Shown: positions 1 to 14,029 of the stretch, in pieces
Position numbering within the stretch: the stretch's first letter is position 1
Layout of the letters: each line of letters begins with the position of its first letter
Origin: Mobula hypostoma
Taxonomy: Eukaryota
Length of the DNA stretch: 64,000 nucleotides
Assembly (NCBI RefSeq): GCF_963921235.1
Contig: NC_086097.1
Span: 152,212,001 to 152,276,000, forward strand
Direction of reading: 5' to 3'
The notes under the pieces: model-generated
Seen by the model: the letters and a program-made list of their open reading frames with translations, nothing else
What the model was told of the DNA's origin: nothing
Databases searched by the model: none
Made by a program: the position numbers and the translations under genes

Positions 1-500
1 CAATCAATTCCTTGATCTTTCTGACATTGAATGCAAGGTTGCTGTTACAACACCTCCCAAACAGCTGATTTGTCTCACCTCTGTACACTTCCTCATCATC
101 ATCTGAAATTCTGCCAACAATAGTTGAGTCATCAGCACATTTACAGATTGCATTTGAGTTCTGTGTAACCACACATTTGTGGGTGTAGAGAGAGTAGAGC
201 AGTGGGCTAAGCATGCATCCTTGTGGTGAGCCAGTGTTGACTGTCAGCGTGGAGGACTTGTTATTTTGGATCCACATTGTCTGTAGTCTCATGATGACAA
301 AGTTAAGGATCCACTTGCATGTACAGAGGCCAGGTTTTGGAGCTTGTCGCTCAGTACTGAGGGTATGATTGCTTTTGAACATGAGCTTTATTCAACATTC
401 AGTAGGAATTTCAATTGTTCAGGTGATGCAAGGCTGAGTGCAGAGCCAGTGAGATTGCATCCGCTGTTGCCCTATTGAAGTGATTAGGCAAATTGCATTC
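1..500 (-). mobile_element. Rex1/Babar-clade LINE RT fragment (decayed)
   Basis: Minus strand resembles the RT C-terminal region (..NNLAFNVRKIKELI..) and matches the copies at 20.2-21.4 kb and 35.4-36.9 kb. Confidence 0.55.
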
Positions 501-559
501 TAATCTAATCTAATGTATTTTTTCCTGATCTCAGAATTGGATTCAAAGATCTTAACCTC

Positions 560-1122
560 TGCATCTGTACAAAGATTTGGTTAGGCTGCACTTGGAATAT
601 TGTGTGAAAGTCCAGTGCCCTGTTAAAGGAAGGATATGGAGGGTTTAGAAAAGCTGCAGAATGCATGATGTTAGCTGAATTGGATAGAAAGAGCTACTGT
701 CTAAGAGAAGGTTGGTCAAACTTGGGTTGTCTTCACTTGAGCATTGAAGGATAGAAGTTTATAAGACTACAAGAGGCATAGATCAGGTAGACAGAATCTA
801 TTTGCCAGGATAGAAGTGTGATATACTAGAGGACATGCAAGGTGGGGGGGGGGGGGAAATGTTTAAAGGAGATGTATGGGGCAAGGTTTTAACACAGGGG
901 GTGGTAGGTGCCTGAAATAGGCTTATGTGGTGGGGGGGATGGTAGAATCTTATATGGAGGTGGCATTTAAGAGACAGTTAAGTAGGCACATAAATATTCA
1001 AGTAATGGAGAGCTATGGATTATGTGTAGCAAGAAGAATTTGTTTAATTTGGCATGATGTTCGATACCGATATTGTTGGATGGAGAGCCTGCTCCTGTGT
1101 GGTACCGTGCTCTGTTCTATCT
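560..1122 (+). mobile_element. CR1 (HER1-like) LINE 3' end fragment
   Basis: Decayed LHLEYCV..RKDMEGLEKLQ C-terminal motif, followed by the typical CR1 3' UTR ending in GTGCTCTGTTCTAT. Confidence 0.65.
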
Positions 1123-1139
1123 GATATCCCTGGAGTACT

Positions 1140-2690
1140 TTAAAGCTATGCTGACAGATGCCATACCAAACTTAATTACTCAAAGTTTCATACATTTCCA
1201 TTGTACCTCTTTACAATGATGTTCCTTTCTACCTTTGTGCCTGATTCTCTATAGTTATTGGAAAGTTTTATCATCTTATATCAAAAAGAAAATTACAAAA
1301 TATTTTCAACTCCTCTGGCATCATATTATTTATTATTAACTTCCTATTCATTTTCAAAGAGACCAAAATTTTCATTAGCACTTTGTTAATTTTTCCCACA
1401 ATTAAAAGCTCCTATTGTACTCATGTATATTTCTTATAGCAATCCTTAGCTGGAAGTTAAAGTTTTCCTCATCATTTTATCTAATAACTAATCTTTACAA
1501 TAATGTATTTTTTCTTTCAATTTAAAACATACTTACTTTTCTGAGTTAGCTATGAATGGATCACCTTCCAAGGAATCTTCATTTCACAGTAAAAAATATT
1601 CTTTGTTGAGAATTATGAAATATATGTCACTGCTCATCTGCCATTTTAACACTTCCCTGGACATTTTTCTGTCCGGATAAGTTGACCTTGCCTGTATTTC
1701 TTGCCTTCAACTGAGTTTCAGATGTTAGTCTGAAATCTAAAATTTGTACTGTGACCATGTGAAATTCCATGATTGTACAATAAATTCTTCCTAGAATGCA
1801 CTTTACCATAGGCCCATGGGTCTCCCTAAGTCAGAGTGCTCTTGGACTACCTTTACCAAAAGACGGCACCATCACCTTCTCATAGGCAGTTAGGGACAGC
1901 AGTTTTACGAGAGTGCCTACATGCTGGAAACCGAATAGAAAACAACTAATTCTCTCATTACACTTGACTAGATACAAAATTGCTTGGCTGCATAACACCA
2001 TATTCTAATTCCTAACCACACTCTAAGAGCTTATCCATCAAGTAACATGATCAATGGAAAAATAAAGTTGACATGATCATTACGGTGCCTCTCTTACAAA
2101 CCTCATTATTCCATGATTTGCACTTGGTCCTACTGTATTTTTACTGTTAGTGCCCGATGGACGATCTCCAACATTGATTTCTTTAACTTCCTGTTTCACC
2201 GTCCATATCTTATGCTACATCTTAGTCTTCCTAATGAAGTTTTTTCTCACCATATTTCTTAACCTTTATTAACAGAGTTAGACCACCTCTTTTATATCTT
2301 TCTACTTTTCTTTCCAAAGTGTTAACTATCCTTGCATATTCAGTTTCCAGCTTTGGCCATCTTGCAACCTTTCTTTGCAATGGCTTCTAAATCCAACCCA
2401 TTTATATACTTTTGTGCCACCAATTCATCTATTGTTTAACATATTCTTGATGCATTCACATATGGAGCCTATGATTTTGTCATTTTATCATTTTTCCCCA
2501 TCATGACTTCATTTGTAAAGGCACCATTTTAGTACCTATTCACTGATGTGTATTTCCTTTTCCATCTTTTCAAATATCTCCACATCAAAGCTCTCTCACT
2601 ATTAATTTGTTAAAACCTTTTCTAACAGCCTAGTTATTCAATTTGGTAACACGGTAAATCTAAACCTAACAATTTAACCGTGCTTCTTTA
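1140..2690 (-). mobile_element. Heavily decayed CR1 ORF2 5' half
   Basis: Minus-strand remnant of the APE start (YVNASR near 2450) and a decayed ORF1/ORF2 junction near 2610. Confidence 0.4.
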
Positions 2691-4319
2691 TCCATTGATG
2701 TTGGTAGACTTGCTGAGTATTCTCAGCATGTTCAATTCTATGTGAAAATAAGGTTGATCTCATTTTAATTCATAAAACTTTTATTCTGAAAGCACACCAA
2801 CATAGCAGCAACATTCCATAACTTTTTTTTGTGAGATAGTATGAACATTGAACTGTTGTGTTAGGCCAAAGCTGGGTTCGCTAATGACAGTCTCCATAGC
2901 AAAGGGTTTAATAACATTCTTTGATTAGATACACACATGAAGAATGATGTGCCGCCAGACAGAGAAGCCAGTCATTTCTGGAAGTGAATGGGAAGAGCAT
3001 AAAAGAAAATTAATAAAATATTGGAAAATAAATCAAATCAGAGTACAGTACTTGATTCATGATCATTGCAAGTCACTGATCAGTTCTCACCTTAAATACC
3101 CTGTTTGATTGTGGATATTTGCTCTAATGTAAGGAAATCATTAATGTTCTAAAAGTGGGGCAGATATTGGACCTAAGGATCTCACTGAAAATCATAAGAG
3201 GAAATGGAATGAGATTGCCTTGTTTATAATAGAAAATTTAAAGGTCTGGTCTGTATGTATGTATAAAGGTATAAATAATACAGAAGATGAAGAACAATTA
3301 TGAAATCATTAATAAATTAAATGAATGGCAAGCGCAGATTTGATTTCAGGAAAACTGAAAAGTGATCATTTCAAAATAGAAACATCATTTCTTAAAGAAA
3401 AGAATAAATTTTTAATTGAAATTATTCTGTCTCATCATGATAAAAAGGCTTATTCTCATAGGTAGTTAACATGGTTTTACAGGCAATGATTAACAATCAA
3501 TTTTCTGGGAAACACCATTTTTATGTCGAGAGTTTCAGACCGCCTTGACATACTGAACACTGCCTCTCATTGTACAGCAGCTAAATACTGAAACCATATG
3601 TTGATTTCAAACTGTGAACAATGACATGAAAGATCACTGAATGTAAAATGAAATCAAAAAAAGGATACTTCAAGACACAAGGAAATGCATGACAAAGGTA
3701 AAGTTAAACTTTTTCCAAGTCCTGATTCACTTCATGTGTTTTTGCAGTGTTATCCTTTTTATATCTACATATTTTCAGAAAACTCTACTAATATCATATT
3801 ATACTCCACTACAATGCACATTTACAATTTGAAGTGAGATGTAGATCATTTGTTTTGGTACTATACAACCTGTAGTAAATGCATCTCTTATGCCTGCCAT
3901 TACATTATAGCCCAGTCTAAAATCTGCAGTAAATCTGATGAATTACACAGCGCACAATAAATAACCATGAAATTTAAAACCAAATGCATAAATCTGTCAG
4001 GTTGTGTAATACATTTTACTCATAAGTCTTCCTCCAGCACCGATGATATTGATACATATATATCTACCTGAATTGCAGTCATTCCCTATCGGTTTAAGTG
4101 CTCTACGCTAAGTGTTATGCAAATGTGACCTTCAAGATTGAGTTAGGTTCAAAGAAAGTCAGGTACTGTTTGCCATCCTAGTACGGTCTGCAAAAATTCA
4201 TTTCCATGTTGTTGATAGACTGATGCAAAAACAAAACAAAATGGCACATACTCCTTTCACAGTCATGGGTCCAAATCTTAACTCTTGGAAATGTGTTATA
4301 TTTGTGTCAGACATTAAAA

Positions 4320-4740
4320 TACAAGTAATCTTGAACAACATGTTAAAAGCTGGAGGAACTCAATAGGTGAGGTACCATCTATAGCAGGAAATGGACAGTG
4401 GACATTTTAGGTTGAGACTCTTCATCTGGACTGAAAGGTGCTGGCAAAATAGCCAGTATGAAAGATGGAGGAAAGCGGTGGAGCAAGAGCATGCAGGTGA
4501 TAGGTAATTAAAAATGAGGTGGCAGTGACAGGCAGATGTGGGGAGGGGGAGATAGTGTTAGAAGCTGGAAGGCGATAGTTAGACGTGAGATAAGGTTGAT
4601 GATAAAATCCGATAAGAGAGGCAGGTGCAGCATGGAATAAATGGAGAGAGTTGTGGGAGGAATGAGACAGGGTGATGGTGGCTAGGTAGTTCAGGAGAGA
4701 AAGAGAACAGGAATCTAACCTGCCATACCTTGCCTTGTCA
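4320..4740 (-). mobile_element. Old Penelope-like pseudo-LTR fragment with a degenerate hammerhead
   Basis: Minus 4433-4396 reads CAGTC-CAGATGA-AGAGTCTCAACCT-AAAA-TGTC-CACTG, a decayed version of the hammerhead in the younger PLE copies. Confidence 0.5.
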
Positions 4741-4989
4741 GATAAGTTGTGGGCCCCCAATCAACTACAAGAAGTGAATTGGCCAATTAGGAAATTTTCT
4801 ATCATCTTAGCATTCATTTCATTTTTACAACAGATGACTAGCAGCTAAAATCAAGGAAGAGAGGGGGTAAGTCCTCCAAGTTTATGTTTCTAAAGCATTG
4901 AATGTGAACTAAGGGGAAAGGGGTTATACGGACAATTGGCTATTGCTCCTGACTCAACAGTTAATCTGAGAAATCAGTGACAAAAAGAC

Positions 4990-6650
4990 TGTAAGACATG
5001 GGAGCCAAATTAGGCCATTCAGCCCATCGAGTCTGCTCTGCCGTTCCATCATGGCTTATCTCGGATCCTGCTCGTCCCCATACACCTGCCTTCTCACCCT
5101 ATTCTTTGATGCCTCGACCGATCAGGAAACAATCAACTTCCATCTTAAGTATACCCATAGACTTGGCCTTCACTGCAGTCTGTAGCAGAGCATTTCACAG
5201 ATTTACTATTCTCTGGCTAAAAAAGTCTCTCCTTAGCTCTGTTCTAAAAGATCACCCCTCAGTTTTAAGGCTATGCCCTTTAGTTCTGGATACCCCCACC
5301 ATAGGAACCATCCTCCCCACATCCACCCTATCTTGTCCTTTTAGGATTCAGTAGGTTTCAATGACATCCCCCCCTGCATTTTTCTAAATTCCAGTGAGTA
5401 CAGGCCCAAAGCTGCCAAACACTCCTCATATGTTAACCTGTTCATTCCCAGAATCATCCTCGTGAACCTCCTCTGGACTCTATCCAATGACAACATATCC
5501 TTTCTGAAATATGGGGCCCAAAGCTGTAGTGCGCCTGACTTTCCTCTTATAAAGGCTTAGCATTATCTCCTTGCTGTTATAATATTCCCCTTAAAATAAA
5601 TATCAAAATTGCATTTGCCTTCTTTACCACAGACTCAACCTGTAAATTAACCTACTGGGAGTCTTGCACGAGGACTCCTAAATCCCTCTGCACCTCTGAT
5701 GTTTGAATTTTCTCCCCATTTAGATAATAGTCCACAGTATTGTTCTTTTTACCAAAATGAATTATCATACATTACCCAACACTGCAACACTGCTATTCCA
5801 TCTGCTACTTTTTTGTCCATTCTTCCTACTTGTTTAAGTGCTGCTGTAATCGCATTACTTCCTCAGCACTACCTATCCCTCCACTTGTCTTCATATCATC
5901 CTCAAACTTTGCTACAAAGTCACCAATTCCATTATCTAAATCATTGGCAAACAATGTGAAAAGTTGCAGTCCCAATACTGACCTTTGAGGAACACTGGCA
6001 GCCAACAAGAAAAGGCCCCTTTTATTCCCTCCTGCTGCCTCCTGCTTGTCAGTCATTTAACTATCCATGCCACTATCTTTCCTGTAATTCCATAAGATTT
6101 TATCTTGTTAAGCAGCTTCATGTGTGGCACCTTATCAGGCACCTTCCGAAATCCAAATAAATGGCATCCATTCCCTCTGCTTTGTCCACCAAGCTTGTTA
6201 CTTCCTTGAAGAACTCTAACATATTTGTCAGGCAAGATTTCCCTTGGCGGAAACCATGCTGACCTTGACTTATTTTATCATTGGTCTCCAAGTACCTCTA
6301 AAACTCATCCTTAATAATAGACTCCAAACTTTCCCAACTACTAAGGTTAGGCTAACTGGTCTATAATTTCTTTTCTTTTGCCTTCCTCCCTTTTTAAAGA
6401 GTGACACTTGACATTTGCAATTTTCCAGTCCTCTGGACCCATGCCAGAATCAAGATCATGACCAATGCATCCATTAGATCTTCAGCGACCTCTCTCTGGA
6501 CTCTAGGATGTAGTCCATCTGGCCCAGGTGACTTATCTGCTTTAAGACCTTGCAGTTTGCCTCACACTTTTTCATTTCTAATAGCAATGCCACTCGTTCC
6601 TGCTCCCTGACACTCATGGACCTCTGGCCCACTGCTAGTGTCTTGCAATC
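4990..6650 (-). mobile_element. CR1 LINE, 5'-truncated (RT + 3' UTR)
   Basis: Fragments DKVPHMKLL, VPQRSVLG, VAKFEDD. 3' tail near 4990. Confidence 0.85.
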
Positions 6651-6789
6651 CCAACTCCTGATTTGTAATCATGGTAATTAAATTACTGGATTTACAGCAA
6701 CAATTCTTGATGTTTGATTTTCATGCTCCCTGGATGAGCCGGGGAATTTGAACTCAAGTATTTCAATAAACTCACTCTAAATTAAATTG

Positions 6790-6890
6790 TTTATTTCCAT
6801 TCATAGATGCTGTCTGATTTGCTGAGTTCCTACAGAATTCTATGTCTGTAACTCAAGATTTCTGACATCCATAGAATCTCTTGTGTTTAT
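6790..6890 (+). mobile_element. Penelope-like pseudo-LTR 3' tail fragment
   Basis: ATAGATGCTG..TTGCTGAGTTCC..AGAATCTCTTGTGTTT resembles the PLE tails at 15005-15090 and 28435-28520. Confidence 0.5.
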
Positions 6891-7476
6891 TAAATTCACG
6901 TTTTGTTTTTTTTTTAAAAAGCTCCTCTCATCAATAATAACTAAGATGTTAGGGATCATTCTGGATTTATGACATTATGGATAGCATTATTATGGATTAA
7001 CTATAATGAGAACCAGTCTTCAGGAAATAAAACCTACATCAATTTATCTTCCAGCAGATACTTTGTGGCTAATGAAACCAGTCTGTGTCTGGGACATTTT
7101 GATTCTGCCTCATTGAAACTACACAGGGTAAGAGAATAGATGAATGCTTCTGCTATTAGTAGATTATTAAAGGTGTATTCCTGCCACTTAATACACTGTA
7201 GGAGACAGGTCTCTTTTGTCACTTAGCCATCGGGTCAGCTGTATATCCACGGAGCTATCCTTTAACACCGTTACAAAAGTAGGTGTTCATAGCAATTGAA
7301 TCTAGTTTATTGTATCTTTTGTTGAAGAAAGATTTAAGGGGTCAGAAGAGAGAGATTCTTTTGGAATCTCCTGTACTCTTTCTCTCTCCTGGAAATTTAC
7401 TGTGCAAATAAAGACTTACATTTCCCATCTACAGCTTCTGTGGGGTTCAGTTTTAGTTCAGTCTTAATACATAATA

Positions 7477-8287
7477 CAGTGGATTCTGTTTAATTGGGCC
7501 ATTGGTAAACAGGACAGTTGCTTATTTGGGACCACTCTTAAAGAGCAAAAACTAATCAAGGAAATAGCTGTATTCCCTTAGTTATTTGGGCACTATGCTG
7601 CTTAATTGGGGCAGGTGACTGTTGCCGAACAGTTTCAAACTGGCATCAGTTGCGTGCACTTGTGTGGCAGTTAGACTCTGGTCTTGGAGCAAAACATTTT
7701 TAAATGGCACCAGTTGCATGCACTTGTATTGAAAAAGCAGTGATTTTTGTCACTGATAGTTTGGAAGAAGTAAGCAGTAAGACAATTCAAAACTGTTTTG
7801 CCCGCTGTGGTTTCACATATTCAGGCTTGGAGATGCAGAAACAGCCAGGAGTGAAAATGAAATGATTTCACTACTTCAACAAACTAGGATCTACAAAGAG
7901 CTTGAAGATAATGACAACCATCTTGAATGTTACAATGAAAATGAAGATTTGGAGGATGAAATCATCTATAGCATTTTTGAAGGCAGTCCATTATCTACAC
8001 TCAGTTTCTGTTCATTTACAGTCAATCAAAAGAATATGGCACCATACAGATACTCTGGATAAATTCCTTCATCCATAACAATTAGGAATGAATACACAGC
8101 TTTATAATATTGTAGTAGTATTGATAATGTTCCAACTTGTTCTGTAGTTCATTTAAATACATATTTTTTTACTCAGTTAAACAGTAGTTTGTCTTTATTA
8201 TACCTTTTTAACTATTTCCATGAAACTTTGGCTAATTGGGCCAAAATATACTGGTCCCAATGTACCCCAATTAAGTGCAATGCACTG
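7477..8287 (+). mobile_element. Tigger/pogo-like non-autonomous DNA transposon
   Basis: Imperfect TIRs CAGTGGATTCTGTTTAATTGGG / CCCAATTAAGTGCAATGCACTG with TA on both flanks. Internal transposase C-terminal remnant EVSSKTIQNCFARCGF near 7770-7815. Confidence 0.8.
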
Positions 8288-8399
8288 TATTTGGTTTTAG
8301 CTGTAGCTGGTCGCTTATTAAAAAAAGAATTGATGTTAGAATGATGCTCAATATTAAAGTGACTAACCTACAACTTGCCAGCCTATTGTAAAATCATAT

Positions 8400-9150
8400 A
8401 GCTCAACGGTTCAGTGGTTCCATTTAGTATCAGAGAATGTATACAATATACAAGCTGAAGATCTTACTTTTCACAGAAATGCATGAAGCAGAAGAAAACC
8501 CCGAAGATTGAATGACAGAAAAACACTGGAACCCCAAATCACCCCTCCCTTTCTCCCCTCCCCCACCTGCCTCAGCAAAATCTCCCCCCACCACCCACCA
8601 TGCAAACAATAGCAAAATCCCCAAAGGGATCACGATGTAGAGTCCATCAAAAAAAAAACACAGTCCATCCTAACACTTCGACATGCCACAGGCTCGCTCT
8701 CTCTCGAATGAGGGAGAGAGAGGTATCATCCCGCCACAGTGAGAGGGGAGGCTAATAGCTCGCTGCTTCGATGTTACAGTCTGCAGCATTGCTTCGTGTC
8801 GAGGCTCTCTGACTCGAGAATCAGCAGTAAACTCTCTCTCACTGTCAAGAGAGAGAGCGTGATTGTTTGAGTGCAGAGGCCTCCAACAGCTGCACCCGCT
8901 GTCTTGATGTTCAAACCTCCTGCAACTCTACAGCTGGTAACACCGGCGAGGATTTGGGTCATCCACAGGGCCGCACAAGGCAGCACCCTGTGGGTGCACG
9001 TCTTCCAGGCCGCTCCTGGAGATATTGCAAATGCTAGGCTGCTCGGCAAGCTCCAAGAGCAGGAACCCACCACAGGGAAGACTGCAGTTGGAGTGCAGCT
9101 GTAGATCACAGACTCTGACTATGGGCAGGCAAAAAGGCAGGATGCATACC
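8400..9150 (-). mobile_element. Non-autonomous retroposon with a Rex-type 3' tail (unclassified)
   Basis: The tail region at 8400-8480 and the body resemble the element at 46247-47220. Confidence 0.35.
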
Positions 9151-9509
9151 TGTTCTAGATTATATTTTCTGACATAACCCAAGCATTTGCTTCGGGGAAT
9201 TATTACTTGGGCCTGTATGATTATAAAAGGTGTGTGAATCATGTTTTTGCATCGGTATATGCACACTCTGGAGATGAAGCCTTGTCATATGTGGTTAACT
9301 GATATCTTTCAGTGAAGAAATTACACAACCTTTCACAGTCTATACACCTACCATTGTGGATGATTCTTAACTGCTTCCTCTGCTCACGACCAGTTAAATT
9401 TGGACAATAAAAAGTCACATTAGGCATGATGTTCACAAAATGTGAAAATGAAAAATAATTCTATCTGATAACTCTTCTAACCACCATTCAATCCTCAACC
9501 ATCATTCAA

Positions 9510-10320
9510 TTCTCAATCAACATCTGCTTTCATTGATCAATGCCAGGCCCCCAAATCACAAGTAATTCCATTTGAACCTTTCTCTGCCATCTAATTGCTC
9601 ATCTTTCCTCACAAAGGGCACCCATACTGTGGAAGAAAAACTACCCTTGACATCACTCCTAAATTTCCATCCATCACACTAAATTAATGTCCTCTGCTAT
9701 TGACCACTGCCATGCTGGGAACAAGGTGCTGGCTGTCCAATCCCTCTAGGCCTCCCATAATCATAAGCATCTCTATCAAGATGTCTCTCATTCTTCTGTG
9801 TTGTAGCCTCACAGTTCACCCATTCCATTCTTCACAATCCCATTATGCCCACAATCTCTTCAGTCATCAACAAAAAAAACCCTCTCTATCTGAAAATCTA
9901 GGCCCTAGCATCTTACAGCACAGAAGACCATGCAGGCCTTTATGCTTATGTCTATTCCTTAAGTTACCTTGTGCTAATTCCTCAAAATTCACCTATTCTG
10001 CAACTATTTCCTTTTTAGCAATTTATGCAATTCTCTTTTGAAAGTAACAGCTGAATCTTTTCTGGATCCCCTCTCAAACTATGCATTCCACACAATTACA
10101 TCTTGTTATATAAAATAAATCTTCATTCACCGCTCCTATGATGCTTTTGCAATTATGCTAAATTTGCATCAATGGTCAAAGCAATTTCTTCATAGCTACT
10201 CTGTAAGTGCCTCTAATGATTTTGGAGAGTGCTTTTAAATCTCATTCGGGAGATCTTTGCTCCAGTGAGAATATTCCCAGCTCCCCTCATCTCTTCCCAG
10301 AAATGAAGTCTTGATGCAGT
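9510..10320 (-). mobile_element. Decayed CR1 3' fragments
   Basis: Similar to the reverse complement of the CR1 RT C-terminus/3' UTR seen elsewhere in the window. Confidence 0.45.
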
Positions 10321-12081
10321 GTTGTACTGCCTAACAGTGAATTGCAAAGCTGTGGCAAACCTTTATTGTATTTTTTCTTCAATGACTCAGAAATTCAATA
10401 GTATTTTGCACCATTTCTGCATTGACACAATGTAACTTAATAAAGAACAAAATTAAAATAAATCCATGATCAGAAAAATATTTTCTTACAATTTAGCATG
10501 AGTATGAAATGATTTATGAATGGAGTATTAAGTATAAGACAAATGGAAATTGTCAAGCTGATTGTGTCAGAAAATTTAAGGGAATATTCTTGAAACTATC
10601 AGTCTTGACTCATTGGCAGCAATTTTCCCTTGGTGCCTGATGGTTTATACTTTTCTCCAGAGGCTTATATGCACAATTTGACAACAGTTCAGTATACCAC
10701 TGTTGGAATTGTTGCATTGTTGATGAATTTCTGATGAATTACGGATACACTTGCCTGTCAAGTGCACTGAAAATTCCCCACATAACCACTTGATCAACAT
10801 CACAAAGTTCTATGGTGTCCTGGTCCATATTAATCTTACTTCTGCTTGTATGTTACTGTTTGAATGCAAATAGCCTACATTACCAGAATGTGACATATTT
10901 CTTTTGTTCTGAATACTTTTCAGATGTGCTGACGTTGTGAAAGCTGCATGGATAAAATTTATAACATCAAAGGTATATAAATGCAATTTCAATTTGCTTT
11001 TTAAAAGTATTAGGTGGAAGATTTGATACTGAGCTATATGGAGTGATATTCTCTTGGTCTTGGACAATAGTCATATGGGTTTGTGTCATATTTACCTTTG
11101 TAAAACATTCGATGAATGACAATTTAACTTTTCTGGAACCCTTAGCATGTGAGGTCTGTACGTCTGTTAGCCAGTACTGCTTGCTGAGTGTCTGTACAGG
11201 GTAAATACTATTAGTAACTAGATGTCTGTTGGTCACTTTGAGAGCTAATTTGACGGATTCTTCCTTTGTGTCTGGCTACATTCGGGCTTATCGCATATAT
11301 GTAATATTAATATTCTTTTGTGTGTCCAAGGAATGTTGTGTCCAAAACACGGGTGGACTAATGGATGATGAGTGATCATTACAATGTCTAATTGATTTAT
11401 GAGGTATGCTGAACACTATGTTGATGGACAAAAGATGTTTAAAAAAACAGGCTGTGTTGAGACAAAAGAACAAAGAGTTGGTCTCCATGTGTCTCTGCCT
11501 TGTGAGGCTTGTAAAGATATTGGACTGCCTTTCCCTGGTTTTGTTGGACTTCATTCGAGGGCTGGAAATTGCAGTTCAGGCCCAGGACTCAGGGGTGGTT
11601 TCCTGAGTGAGTCAGAATTCAAAATTCCACTGACAACGGCAACAATCATGTTGTTACTAAGAATCGTGAGCCCTGAAATCTTAGTGGAAATGTTTTTGAC
11701 TTGCTAAGTAGTATATTGTAGGGTTTATTTGTGCTTTCTATTTTATGACAATAGATTAAGTTTAAGTTACTTTGTTATGCTTGTACGCTTAATAACATCT
11801 CCTGGGCACTCAACTAGTTTGTGTCTGATCAACCCAATTCATTACTGTACAGGGCTCTAGAAACTTTTGGCTTTGAAATTCCTTTTTATCCATCCAGTTA
11901 TCAAAACCAGAGTGGTCAATGGAACCTGCCTTTAACCAATTAATTTCCATGACATAAGTAAATAAACAACGTACTTTGATCAAAATGGAGCAAAATATAA
12001 ATAACGTAACTTAACAAGATACATTTGTTAAAATGGGCAAGATCAAATCAGTGGCAAGATAACATCTGTGCTTTCAACTAT

Positions 12082-13502
12082 TCAAGTTCAAGTTTATTAT
12101 TTGAATGTACATATACTGCCTACAACCAAATGAAACAATGTTCTTTTAGACCATGATGCACCCACACGACATATATCACACACAGTATATAAACCAAAAT
12201 ATTATACTATAAATAAGTTAATAAAATATGCTTCGAAATACATATAGTGAAGCTCAGCACAGGTAAACAGTAAACAGTTTACTGTCCTAGTGACAAGACC
12301 TCGGTGATGGCAGGGTATTCATTAGTCTCACAGCCTGACGGAAGAAGCTGTTACCCAGTTTGACAATCCTAGTCCTGATACATCTGTACCTCAGTCCTGA
12401 CAGTAGTGGATCAAAGAGATTGTGGTAGGGATCCTCAACATTATTTTGTCTACAATTCTCCCGGTAAGTGTCACAAATAGGGGGGAGGGAGACCCTGATG
12501 ATCCTATGGTGATTTTAACTGTCCTGAGGGTTTTATGGTCAGATGCCTTGCAGCGTCCATAGTACACAATGATGCAGCCAGACAGGACACTCTCAATGGG
12601 ACCCTGTAGAAAGTTTTTAGAAGTGAGGTGTGGAGCCTTGCACATCTCAGTCTCCTCAGAAAGTGTAGACACTGCTGTAGCCTTCTTGACTCATGAGGAA
12701 GTATGGGTCCAGGTTAGATCATCCGTTATGTGAACAAAAAGGAACTTTGTGTTCTTTACTCTCTCTACAGAAGAGCCATTGCTGTACAATGGAGAGTGGT
12801 CGACATGAGTCTTCCTGAATTCCACAGTTGTCTCCAGTGTCTTGTCCATGTTGAGACTCACGTTGTTGTTCTCACACCATTTGACAAGCCTCTCCACCTC
12901 CTCTCTGTGTGTTGACTCTCCATTGTTGCTGATGAGGCCAACCACTGAAGTATCATCAGCGACCGTAATGATTTGGTTTTAGCTGGATCTGGCAGTGCGG
13001 TCATGACTCAGCAGCAGAATAAGCACACAATCCTGGGGTCACCAGTTCTCAACAAGAAGTAGCTTGAGACCTTGTTGCCAAGTTGAACTCATCCAAGATC
13101 TAGTTACAGAGAGGGGTACTGAATCCAAACCAGGAGAGTTTATTCACCAGCCTGAGGGATAATCATGTTCAAATCCGAGCCGAAATCGATGAACAATGTC
13201 CTGGAGTATGAGGTATCGTTTTCTCAGTAGGATAGGATGGAGTAGGTAGCTGAGGCTATGGCATCATTGGTGGGCAGTTTTGGAGTGGTAGATGAACTGA
13301 AAAGGGTCAAATATAGCTGGAAGGTGGGATTTTATGCCATCCATTACCAGCTGCTCAAAGCACTTTACGGTCGTTGAAGCCAGTGCCACTGGACAGTAAT
13401 TGTTTAGGCCAGTGACCATGGCTCTCTTGGACATGGGAATGACTGTGGCTGCCTTGAAGCTTACAAAACCATGGACTATTTCAGAGATATTGAAGATGTC
13501 CA
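12082..13502 (-). mobile_element. Rex1/Babar-clade LINE, 5'-truncated, decayed
   Basis: ORF fragments NNYCPVALASTTVKCFEQL, DPFQF, LVKWCENNNVSLNMDKT, IESVLSGCIIVYYG. TTCAAG-repeat tail near 12082. Confidence 0.8.
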
Positions 13503-14029
13503 TTTATTTAGCAATTTATCTTTATTGCATTATTCACTTTAAAATTAAGATTAAACGAAGCCACCTGTTTCTTATAAAGTAAATAAAATAATTCAGAGTA
13601 ATACCAGCGCCAGCAGTTGAATGAACAGTTTGAAGGAACGGTCCCTCTTTGCATCTCAATTGACTAAGCTAATGTGTTATTGTAGATTCTATAATTGTAC
13701 AGAAGATTATTTAGTACCAGGCTTTGACTTATATCAAATCTTTCTTAAGGATTATTAATATTAATTTGCTGAAAAGTATAGCAACCTTCACAGTATACAG
13801 TACATCTCTGAGTAATTTAGATCCAAGGTGTCCCAGCTTGATTTGAAAGAACAACATAGATAAATTAAATCAATATCCAGTCAGCTCAGATGCAGAACAT
13901 ACATAGTATGAGTGCAGGAACAGGAATTGCCTCAGGTTCAGTCTACTTAGAAAAAATAACTTCCAGCTGCGTAGAATTCTATATGTTGTTTTCATGAGCT
14001 ATCAAAGAATAGGGGGAGGGAGTCAGTAT

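Noticed and set aside
4068..4220. Minus-strand coding exon with good splice signals
   Set aside because: Stops in all three frames; a non-coding exon cannot be supported from sequence alone.
11331..11412. Exon (CCAAG|..GAG|GTATGC) or C/D-box snoRNA (ATGATGA..CTGA)
   Set aside because: All three frames contain stops; the C-to-D distance is too short and there is no terminal stem.
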